Source of the DNA: Azolla caroliniana
Lineage: Eukaryota > Plantae > Polypodiophyta
NCBI GenBank assembly: GCA_043228905.1
Contig: JBHGNT010000018.1
Coordinates: 10,354,001-10,418,000, forward strand
Length of the DNA: 64,000 bases
Direction of reading: 5' to 3'
The notes under the pieces are model-generated. The model was given only the letters and a program-made list of their open reading frames with translations, ran no database searches and was not told the DNA's origin. Shown here piece by piece: positions 25,219 through 36,225 of this stretch (positions are counted from its first letter, which is position 1; each line of letters starts with the position of its first letter). Both the position numbers and the translations under genes were made by a program.

Positions 25219-26955
25219 ATGTGCGAGACGAAGAAGCTGAAACTGAAATTGAAGCTCGCTCTGGCTCAGAGGTTGCGGCGATGCCATCCTCTTCGTGTTG
25301 GTCGTTGCCGTGGCGGCGGCGTTGGAATAGCAGGGGCAGCAGAGCAGGAGCAGGAGATGGAGAAGATGGAGGAGGAGATGATGGGCAGGCTCCTCCACGA
25401 TGAGGTGATGAGGGCGTCCTTGGATTGCGACACTCTCCTGGGCAGCCTCATCCTGGACATGTACGCCAATCGTCTGGGCGCCATGGACGATGCTCACTGC
25501 TGGTTCTTCTCCGTTCTCCTCCCTTCCCATGCTGTCGATGCTTACACTTGGCACCATCTTCTTGCGGGATATGTCCACCATGGAATGCCCCACCTCGCCC
25601 TTGACACCTTCCAGCAGATGCAGCACCAAGGTATCCTCCTTAATCGCTTCATCGCTGCCACTGTCATCTCCGCCTGTGCTTCCACTGTCCCGCGTGGTGT
25701 GCATCAAGACCTCGTTGTCCATGGTGAGCACCTACATGCTAGCTTGGTGGGCTCATCCAGTCATTTGCAGGACATGGCAGTTGGAAATGCCATTGTTACC
25801 ATGTATGGGAGGTGCAATAGGTTGGATAGAGCCCAGCGGACGTTTGACATGATGAGTGAGAGGAATACATTGTCTTGGACTGCAATTATTGCTGTACATG
25901 CCCAAAATGGGCAGCCAAAGAGGGCTCTTCACCTTTTTCAGCAGATGCACAAGGAAGGACTGATGCCAAATGATGCAACCTTTGCAAGCATTCTGTGTGC
26001 ATGTGCTGCTCTGGCTCTTGGCAAGTACTTGCATAGCCGCATCTCGATCATGGGTCTGGAGGATAATGTTACGGTTGCAAACTCGCTCATCGGCATGTAT
26101 GGGAAATGTGGAAGCATGGCAGATGCATGTACGAGCTTTGATCGGGTGGAGAGTCGAAGAAGCACCTCTTGGAATGCTTTAATGTCTGCATTCGTGGAGA
26201 ATATGCAGTTTTCGCATGTGATTCAGCTATTCCAGCAAATGCTGCAGGAAGCAATGCTCCCAGACAGGGTCACATACATCAACGCATTCTCTGCATGTGC
26301 GCATCGAGCCACAATGTGTGAGGTGAGAAGGCTTCACAGCTGTGTCACTCTAATAATTGACCAGCTTGACATAGCTATGCAGAATGCTCTACTCAATGCC
26401 TATGCCAAATGCAGCATGAGTTTAGAGCAGACGTGTGTGGTGTTTCTTGACATCTTGCAGCCCGATCAAGTCTCATGGACTGCCCTGATCTCTTCTGCCG
26501 CCCAACATGGTAAAATGCATCTAGCCCTATGCTTATTTGACGTGATGCATAGGAGAGGAGTAATGGCAAATGAAGTGACGCTTCTGAGTGTTCTTTATGG
26601 ATGTAGCCATGTAGGCATGATGAATGAGTGCATTCAATGCTTCCTGTTCATGAAATCCATGGCGGTACTACCGCTTGTGGATCATTATAACTGCATTCTT
26701 GACCTTCTAGCGAAGGTTGGACAACTGATTGATGCAAAGAGATTTGCGAGTTCAATGCCACGTCAGCCTAGCCTTGCTTCATGGATGACTTTGCTTGCAG
26801 CCTGCAAAAATCAGTTTGATTGTGATTGTAAGCTTGGGGAAGATGCGGCATCTCATGTATTTGAATTACAATCTCAGAATTTCGCATCACTTGTGCTGCT
26901 TTCACAGATCTATGATGCAGCAGCACGGCATGAAATGGTTCCAGAAATGATGTAA
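25219..26955 (+). CDS. Intronless PLS-class pentatricopeptide repeat protein with C-terminal E-type domain and no DYW; probable organellar RNA-editing specificity factor
   Basis: Repeated PPR motifs (GNAIVTMYGRC, SWTAIIAVHAQNG, ANSLIGMYGKCG, HYNCILDLLAKVG) and E-like SWMTLLAACK...LVLLSQIY; first ATG at 25219 within ORF 25198-26955. Confidence 0.9.
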   Translation: MCETKKLKLKLKLALAQRLRRCHPLRVGRCRGGGVGIAGAAEQEQEMEKMEEEMMGRLLHDEVMRASLDCDTLLGSLILDMYANRLGAMDDAHCWFFSVLLPSHAVDAYTWHHLLAGYVHHGMPHLALDTFQQMQHQGILLNRFIAATVISACASTVPRGVHQDLVVHGEHLHASLVGSSSHLQDMAVGNAIVTMYGRCNRLDRAQRTFDMMSERNTLSWTAIIAVHAQNGQPKRALHLFQQMHKEGLMPNDATFASILCACAALALGKYLHSRISIMGLEDNVTVANSLIGMYGKCGSMADACTSFDRVESRRSTSWNALMSAFVENMQFSHVIQLFQQMLQEAMLPDRVTYINAFSACAHRATMCEVRRLHSCVTLIIDQLDIAMQNALLNAYAKCSMSLEQTCVVFLDILQPDQVSWTALISSAAQHGKMHLALCLFDVMHRRGVMANEVTLLSVLYGCSHVGMMNECIQCFLFMKSMAVLPLVDHYNCILDLLAKVGQLIDAKRFASSMPRQPSLASWMTLLAACKNQFDCDCKLGEDAASHVFELQSQNFASLVLLSQIYDAAARHEMVPEMM

Positions 26956-29900
26956 CTTAGGATGGAGCACTTTTTCTTCTTAAATGTTTCAAGATGACAA
27001 TGCCCCTAGTAGGGCGGAACATGATGCTTGAAGAACAAGACATGGGCAGCAAATGGAAAATCCATCAAACATTCAGGCGGCCTAACTTGTTTCCTATGCG
27101 TTTTTAGTTCTCTGCACACAAATAAGATTGGTTTGGGATTCATTTAAATGTTTGGATTCAAAATGAGCCACCTGAGCCACCTGAAGGCTGGGAACATGGA
27201 AGGGACAAGGTAATATATGTTTATTTGTTCCTTTTTTTCCTGTTTGAACTTTAGGCCCTGCTTTAACTATGATACGGTCTTTTCTTTTCCAGAATGAATA
27301 GTGAAGTGAAAGAGGGAATTTATTCTGCATTGAATTTGGTGCTAACAAGGAAGGTATACTTGTGAATTCATCTCGTTTCCAGGTGCTCTATTTTCTTGTG
27401 ATTATCTTTTGGTGATAGAGGTGCTAATTTTCAGAAGAAACACAGGAAAGAGGCAAACTTCAGTTATAAGGGGCTGTATACCAAGCACACACATTGTGCA
27501 TATGGTGGACTTGCTTGTACGTACAAGAGTTTGGAACCTAGGTGGAATGACAAGTATCTCTGTCTACCTAAAGATTCATCCCTCGTACCGGGATGATATT
27601 GGGAACAGAAATTTTTCCTGATCTTATACAAAGTGGATTGAAGCTATTAACCCACATATACATGTACAGTGCTGTGGAACTTGTTTGTGTATCATGCTTC
27701 TTTGGAGCAGGAGAAAGAGAGAGAGATTAAGATGGGAAAATACTTCTCAATATAAGTTGGGCACACTTTTAAAGTGGAACCACGGGGTAGATTCTTGCTA
27801 GAAACAAAGAAGAAAAACAACTCAGGAAAGCTTGGGGTTTTGAAAAAAGTAGAAACTGTTTCCTTTTTTAATAGATGAGAGCACCAAACTATATTATAGT
27901 TTACAATATAGTGTTGTTCAATATATATGGATAGGAGTTTTTTCTAGTTAAAAAACCCTTAAGTTAATGAAAGTCTTCTTAATGAAGTTTCACACCATGA
28001 CCCATGGGCATCATGACAACAGTTCCCTTTCCTCTCTCACCATATGGAGGTGTAGTGCTATTAAATATATTTGGATAGGGGTTTCTTTTTCCCCAATTTT
28101 CACGAGTAAAACTGATAATGTAGATTTAGCTTCTCTCAACTTTACATACATTTAATATGTCTCAAATGAAATGTCTGGTGATTATGGAATCGAAAGCAAC
28201 AATTTTATTGGCTTTGGTAAAGGTGAACAAGTTGTACCAGAGCTTTACACTTGGAAATTGCAGTATCATGGGTGCCCCTTTTAGCAACCATGAATAATAT
28301 TCATCATGTCATCATTTCAGTGCTCCCTTCTTGTAAAGGCATCTTGTCCTGGGAGCCATTTTTCTATTCTGTAAATCAATTAAGATTCGATGTATTCTCT
28401 TTTATATATTTTATTATTAGTCAAAGATTTCTAGTTGCTACTAGGAGAAACCAGGCAATTATGGTGTTCTCAGACCATGCCAGAGGAGAATGCAGGTTCT
28501 ATGTGCAAGGAAAGTGAAAACCCTCGAGAAAAGGAACCTTTCCAAATTTGATGCAAAGCATGTAAAGCTAAACATGTCCTGAGAAAGGGGCACATCAAGA
28601 CTTTGAAGCAGCACATCTGGCATCTGTATGACTTCACACTACGAAGAGATGGCGGCATTGTTAGTTAGGAAAAAGGAATTGGAGAGAGCTTAAGAAAGGA
28701 ATCCTCCATTATTCAGATTTGGGTGGAGATGGTGCTGGCCAACCTTCCCACCTATCACGGATCATTCAAGCGAAGGATCCAAAGCATTCCCGTGAGCTGA
28801 AGTGGAAGAAACTGGAGAAAATGTGACTCTTACACTATAAAAATGCATTTTTATTACTAGGGTATAGTAGTGCGTGGGTAAGTTGTCAAAGACAAGCTCT
28901 AGAAAAAATAGGAAGGATTTTTGTGTAGGAATCCAAGGCTCTGAAGACAACAGCTAGGTGCATATTTGGTGCTCTTTGAAGCCATGCTGCCAAAGACGCA
29001 CACCAAACTGTTGCCTATTGATGGTTATAACACATAACTTTACAAATTATAATTTTAACATGCGAATTATTATGTGTAGATTAATTTAATATTATAAAAC
29101 TGTTGTATAAATTGTTTTGTTGAAATTGTGCTTTTAAGCATGAGAAATTGCAACTTCCTAAAATATTATAATTTGAAACAAAGTCAAATCTCACACAAAT
29201 TGCTGTGTTAAGTCAAAAAACCAAATTGATTTCCAACTATGGAACATACATTAAAATGAACAAAATTGTTAAGCCATTAGGCCTTCATTTGGTGATTCAA
29301 TTTTAGTTGGAGTAGGGAACTCTAAAAACTATTTGAAGTACGTGCCAATACAATAAGCCAAACAATGAAACATGCTTGTGGAAGAAAAACAACTTGAGAA
29401 TAACAATCTTAAGCCAAACAATTGTCATGCATGTGGTCAAGCATTATTGGTTTTGCTTGATATTGATGTTCATATCTTTCTATATATTGCCATGCATGTG
29501 GCTGACTTTGGAATATAGCACAACGGAAATCCATCAAATATGATACTATGGCTTACATGTAAATGGATTTTATAGGAAGAAGGGTTATAACTCTTGTACC
29601 TGTTTTGTCAAGTGAGTAGACCACAAAAATGCGATTGAGCTTTGTTTGTACTTCATCCATGACATTGCACATATGAAATGCTTCCAAATTCTCTACAATG
29701 TAAGAGGTTTTACTTTCGTATGTTGAAACGTTGCGAAAAGTCACAACATGAACTATATTGCACTAAACAATGGGTTCATGGTGTAAATCTTTGTAGCCAT
29801 TGCTTTTGCCCAATAAGGGTGGGATTTTATTTATTGACCATGTTGTTGGCCAGTTTTATGATCCAATCAATCTTTTTCTCCACTACTTTGGTTTGATGAT

Positions 29901-30129
29901 ATATGTAGGATTGCATAATACCCATACATATGAGTGGATGACATCGAGGAGTATGATACTCACATCCTAACAATTTGAAAGTTGATGTTACCGCTGCTTC
30001 CCAATTAACATGCTTCACATACACCTCTCATATAATTTCCCTTGATGTTTGGTAGTTTGCTTAAGACTACTATTGTTTGCCTTGCTCCATTATTTTTCCA
30101 GCGAGCTCTTTTAAGTCCATAATAGTGAG

Positions 30130-30850
30130 AAGACACAACATGTTCTTGATGCATTTTCAATGTTCTCTATCATTGTAGAATGGGGCATTTATGATGTGGC
30201 TTATCAAATGCATGGTGTCATCACTTATCTCCATGTAGGCAAATTGCTTCAATGCTCGTAAACTTTGAAACCAATTGCCATAACTTTTCAGATCGTTAGA
30301 TACACTCGAGTCAACAAACCACACATTGCCCGTCCCGATAGCTCTTGTTGACTTTGTGTTTGATTGATGAATGATAACCAATATTGCATCATAACTCGCA
30401 TGGCGAGAGTTGGTAGTGTCATTAGTGAACTATTGGCTATTGGTTACACCACTCCTTTTCTTGTGAAAATTCGCCTTCATGTGGCCAACCTTGCCACGGT
30501 ACCAATATTTTTACTTTCTCTATTGTTGAATCTCCTTTCTTCTAGAGTTTCCCCATCTACTCCACCAAATTCATTTGCTTTCATGTCTAGGTGTATCATT
30601 GTGACTTCTCAAGGTGTCTCACACTTGGGAGCATAAAAGGTTTTCTCCTCTTAGTTCATGGGCAAGTTTTCTCCTCTTGTCAAAATCATTGTCAAGGGAT
30701 TGAAACCATCTATATGCTAATGGTGGTGAACCAAGTAAGGATGGATATCAATCGTGTTCAAGACACTAGCAACATCTAACATAATCTTGTGAACTCTCAT
30801 GCTCACTTCACCAAGACAATTCTTCATCAAGAAGTTAACCTACGCCTCCC
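30130..30850 (-). pseudogene. Highly decayed Copia gag/protease fragment
   Basis: WFVDSSVSN protease-like motif in ORF 30157-30381 and a zinc-knuckle remnant near 30480-30510. Confidence 0.55.
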
Positions 30851-32353
30851 TAAGGTAGTGCTAAATACATACTTTACTAATGAATTTGTGATAGCACTAA
30901 CCACACCTTGATTCATTAGTAAAGTAACACAACACATACAAAAACAAATGTGATTACTATTTGGCTGATTAGTGCTTAGCCCTAATCACTCATCTCACAA
31001 AATGCGGGGAAGGGAGAAAGAGAGAGCTCAAGCTTAGACTATCTCTAGACTAAGGATTCGTATTCCTTTAATATGTATATACAATAGCTTATAAACATAT
31101 TTTTTGTTTTTATTAATGTGTACAAACATTAAACATTCTCTTTTCTCCTAATAATTTGACTAAGAATTGAAGAAGCTAAAAAGCACAAAAGGTGAGTAAA
31201 TTTGTTCTGTCCCTTAGTGTAGTACCCACACCAAAGCTCATATCTTCATGGGTCTTGCTATGTACATCCCAACCTAATGAGCGTACACTCATGGATGCAC
31301 CTTGCTGAGCCACAAGCCAGCAGGATGGAGTAGCTTATAGAATATGGGGTGACTAGTGAGTGATGTGGTAGAAATATGGGTGGAGGATATGAAAACAATT
31401 CAAATAGTATTGCAAGTGTCATGTGTAAAGCTCAAACCCGTAACCTCACATGTCAACTACAAAGCATGAACCATCAAGATAATTATTTATGTAAATTTTC
31501 TTTTCATCATCATAATTATGTCTCATGTAGAATTGCATACATGTTTACTCAGAGCAACATGGCTATCATGAATCACAAGTAAGCACGTGTAACACCGGGT
31601 CATTTGAAACAGGTAATATGTCGTATTCTCTTTTGGCATAGTTGGCCAGATGTAGAAAAGTACCCTATTTTAGCCTGATATCGAAAATATACGATGCATG
31701 CGTACCCCTTTTGCGACTTGATGGTTAAATATAGAACAAAAAAAACCTAACAATTACTAAATTGTATATGTGTCCACATTCGTGTCAATTTGCATATCAT
31801 GGAGCACAATTGAAGACTTGGTTCAATATAAAGTTCTAAAATTGGTATCCATATTCAAATTGTAGAGTAAAACTACATAAACCGTAATTATAAATATGTG
31901 GTTTTGGGTTTAGGAATAAAGTAGTACCCCACTTGTTGGACGGGTATATCGATAGTTTCATTGTATAATGTCATATAGTTCATGACAATGTAATTGGTAA
32001 GAGTAACAATTACGTACGACATTCATTTATACTATGTGGAACCAGTAGACTTGAACCGTAGGTAACTAAAAACCTCTTATTATCAAAAACATTCGCCTTT
32101 TCATATACAGTCATGCTAACGGAAATGAGAAATTACAATATCATGTTAATATCTCAAACTGAAGAAGAGCATGGTGACCAATTATATGTAAATACAAACA
32201 ATGGTTCCAATAATGATTAAAAAGGGAAATTATGAACAGATGAATTTAATTAAACGATAAACAATTACAGATGTTCTCATATACAAATATAATATGAAGT
32301 GATGGTGAACATTATGCCTCAAAATCCTCAATTTTTACATTACGCCATCTACA

Positions 32354-35300
32354 TCAATCTATAAGCAAATCAGGCAGAGCAGGCTCCTCTGGCGCTGATT
32401 GTTCTAGACTGTTTTCATTCGTGTCATCTCCAAGCTCTCCTGAATCTGATGTATGGTCAAACTGTGCTACATCTTCCAGGTCCACCAGCTCCCCTGCTTC
32501 TTCATCAATTGGTTCCATTGGTTCTCGTGAAGTCATCTGGAACATCTCTGTCTCGTTGATGTGTTTTGCTCCGACTTCTTGATCCTGATCTGGATAGTCC
32601 CAGATTCCTGTGATCCTCATTTTGATGAAGTTAACTTGAGTAGGGTCCTTCTCCAATGCAACACAGTTTCTAAACATCTTCAATGCACAAGCTGTCGTTG
32701 TACCTAATGGTCGCATGAACACAAACAAGTATATATAAGAAGTAACGTCTTAAACTTGATTGACAGGATTGAAATTAAATATATATATTATACTTGTGCC
32801 AGAGAACAAGTCTAGGACCCAATCATCTGGATTCGAGAAGAGCTCTATGAGGCGGTTGATCAATCTTTGAGGTTTTTGATAAGGGTTCACCATACTTTTA
32901 TCCCCTGACACATGTCTTAATTTTTTGGTTACAGCTGGGCACATGATGTAGTTAACCACGTTACGCTCATTGACATGTGCTCTAGCCTTCTTCTTTGTAA
33001 TTGAATCATAGTAGCCCACACAAAAATGTTCGACCGCACTAACCATTCGATCGCCAGGGCTACGTGTAATATTTGTTTTGATCCTATAGAGAAAGAAAAT
33101 CAAGTATTAGAGGTGTAAATGTGTACATATAATAAGAAGTACTGTAATGAGTAAAAGCGAACTATAACGCACCAATGCATGTGTTCAGTGGCATGACAAC
33201 GAGACTTCAAAGCTGTTGTGACTGACAATGATTGCCCCATGCTATGAAATATGACTATCCTCCACAAGGGGGCCAATGTCAGTTCTGCGAAATCCTTTAC
33301 CATTTTCTCGAACTGAGGGTACTTGAAAGGCACATCATCATATGTTGATCCCACAATACGGAAACCATATGGTATGTCAGCTATCAGCAAAGTGTAGTGC
33401 CTTCTCGGTAACAGTTCGAGCATCTGGGATACTTCGCCATTGAAAACACTATAATGAAGCTGTTTGAAAGGATTAGACCTATGCAAAAAACTCTTTACAG
33501 TCTCCGAATCCTCGGGCAGTTCCATTTCCTTCCCTTTGGTCATTCTCTTCTCATATTTCGCACGTTCTAAGTGCGTGATGAAGGCCGCTGGAATACCGTC
33601 ATTATTGTCGTTGTTCTTTTTCGATTTTGATGGTTTCTGCAAGTGTCATTGTTGTTAGCAGGGAACATTAGTTTCTAACATATCAACATTCAAAAGACAC
33701 ATACCCATTCTCTAAATACAATAAAATATTCCTCCAATGCCTTGTAGGAAGAAGTTATCGGGCAGGCTTGTTCAACTTCTTCCCATGTCGGTAAACTCAG
33801 TTTTTGCATCATCAACTCCTGAATCTTCATGTATACCTTGTGACTGCACAATCAATATGAAATTAGAAATAAGATATTCAAAATAATTGAAGACTTTCAT
33901 GAAAAGGTATACTATAAACACTTACTTTTGCAAGTCTGTTACCATCTCGTCCAAACTAAATTCCTTGGCGACCACTCGAGATAGCACGGATATTAACAAT
34001 CTATCATCTTTGATACCTTGTAATGATCTCCAAGGTAAAAGTTTCATGTCCTCTACTAACTCCTCGATTACCAAGTCGCTTTTTCCCTTGGTCTTTGATT
34101 TGATCTCAACTTGTGGATCAATTCTTCCCTTTTTTGATCTTTGCCCCTTGACTTCTTTCCGCTCCCACATAGAGAATATTTTGTCTTGGAGATCCCACAC
34201 CTCTCCAGTTCGAAAAGCTAGTTGAAACCAAGAATCATATTTTCGGAGACCTTCGGATTTGGTACTCTCATCCACTGCAATCCCTACTTCCAATAAACAC
34301 TGACGTCGCAATCCAGGCCACAATCTTGGACCAAAACAATTCAAGGCATCGAGGTATTCATGATGAAAAAATCTTATCCTCTCTATACATGACATCTTTT
34401 GCCTATAATCGTTGTCATTGTTATGGTCCCATGCGAGCAGCTTCGCCTCCTCGTGAGTTAGTCCTGCATATACCTTACATTCGGCGTATTTGAAGAACGG
34501 CGTGAGAGGATATTCTTTGACAAGCTGTCGTCGAGCTTCGGCCGAATGTGATCCTCCGATTACATAGTATGTGTAATCGTCTGCAGAGCTATACTTGAAA
34601 TCTGCTACTGTTGGGCATTGTTCTTGATCAACCATTACCAAAAATGGCACCACAGTAGCGTGAGGATTGATTTTCATTTTGCTTTTTAGGTTTTGCACAT
34701 GGACGGAGTGCGGCTCCCTAATTTCCAAGGGACGTCTTCCAGTCATGGGGTCAATGGGGGGCCTTTGGATAGAAGTAATGGGCAAATGAAATAGCTGGCC
34801 CCTGCGCACAAGTTTAGTCTTCACAATATTTTCTCTTATTTTATTTTGTTCTGACGTCAGGACACCAGAAGATAGTTGTCCGCCTGGAGCCACGACGTCG
34901 ACTTGTTGGTCGTCTTCTTCTTCCACGAACTCTAATATTTCTTCTTCTTCTTCTTCGGGTCGTGGTCGTTTAGTATATTTCTTTTGAACAGGATTTGTCT
35001 TCCTAGACTTTTTCGGTGGAGTTTCTGCTTCACCGGTCATCATCTCTCCTGTCACGTACGGCCGAAGAGCTACCAACAAGTTATTTTTCGTTTGCAGGTC
35101 TTTACGCAAAGCCTTGGGATTGCAAGATTCGGGTACTAGGTTTCCCTCATCAAGTCGCAATCGCCTGTTGCCAACTGAGCTCGAGACGTCGATTAAAATA
35201 CTTGTAGAGTCAATGTCTTCGTACTCTAGCTTGGTTACATGCCCATAATTAAATGTTTTTCCAAGCTGAAGTTTCCCTTCCCCGTCCGATTTTGCCGTTA

Positions 35301-35927
35301 TCAATAACAGCACCCCATCCTCCTCGACATAAGAGAGACACCATTCAAGTTCGGGGTAATCCTTATATTTCACCTCAACCGTTTTCTCCTCTTGCGTACT
35401 ACCTTTGTTGATTTTGGTAGTAGCCACAGATGACTTGGATCCTCCTTCCCCCGTTGAGTCAAATAAATTCTTTTTACTCGTGTCCTTCATGAAGGAGCCA
35501 GAATCTTGTTTTGTCGGAGATCGAATCTTCAATCTAAATGAAGGAACTTTTTGTCTGGGTTCACTGAAATTAAAAACGTTGGTGAAAACATAGAAACAAC
35601 GTACAATTTTATCTAAATCACGCAAATTATCATTTAAATTACGTCAATTTTATGGTCCCATGCGATAGTTTTTTATCGCAAAAACAACATTTTTTTCAAC
35701 CAAAATCCGATGCAGTGCATCGGATTTGCGTTGAAAGGCAGGACCTTCAACCAAAATCCGATGCACTACATCGGATTTTGGTTGAAGGTCCTGGCTTTCA
35801 GAATTGCTTTCCAAGTTCGTTGTACAAAATAAAATAAAATTTCTATGTGTTGAGGAAAGGAATCTTTAGGAATCTTAAAAAATGTAATGAATATTACTAA
35901 CCTGACGATTTTCTTTCCCTTGTTCAT
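32354..35927 (-). CDS. Six-exon gene for a ~968-aa ParB/Srx-like domain + beta-class amino DNA methyltransferase fusion
   Basis: Predicted exons 35927-35902, 35563-33926, 33843-33705, 33636-33173, 33083-32794, 32703-32354; all introns GT-AG, phases consistent, 2907 nt with no internal stop. Motifs YYVIGGSHSAEARRQL (ParB-like), LLIADIPYG (motif IV), HWIKTN, YQKPQRLINRLIELFSNPDDWVLDLFSGTSTTTACALKMFRNCVALEKD (motifs X, I, II). Exon 1 is least certain. Confidence 0.82.
35694..35793. repeat. Two tandem long palindromes in intron 1 of the methyltransferase gene
   Basis: 35694-35736 imperfect; 35739-35793 has perfect 25-bp arms CAGGACCTTCAACCAAAATCCGATG around a 5-nt loop. Confidence 0.9.
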
Positions 35928-36225
35928 GGTTTGTGCCGGAGGTAGTGCTGTCCATGATGTGCTTCTGAGTGCTCGAAAATTGGCCTATGCTCTGAGCTCG
36001 ATGGATTCTTTCACGTGATAATGAAAATGAAATTTCTAACCTCCTTATATAGAAGACTTTAGCATTCTTTTTAAAATAAAAAATAATTTTTTAATTATTT
36101 GTTTTTTAGGAAAATTTCGGAAAATAATATAGTTAATCTAAGTGTTCGGGTAGTTATATAGTTAGGCTTCAGCATTCCTTAATTTTCTCAAAAGAAGGTT
36201 TTAGAATACAGTTAGACTCCCTCAA
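35928..36225. promoter_or_regulatory. AT-rich divergent intergenic region, putative bidirectional promoter
   Basis: ~300 bp between head-to-head start codons; TTATATA boxes near 36044 and 36154. Function inferred from position only. Confidence 0.4.

Noticed and set aside
27000-30100. Short ORFs downstream of the PPR gene as extra exons (for example a DYW domain)
   Set aside because: No HxE...CxxC or DYW motif and no consistent exon chain could be found.
32354-35927. Bacterial contamination or a prophage ParB-MTase gene
   Set aside because: The gene has five spliceosomal GT-AG introns and lies between TIRs with a TSD in continuous plant repeat DNA.
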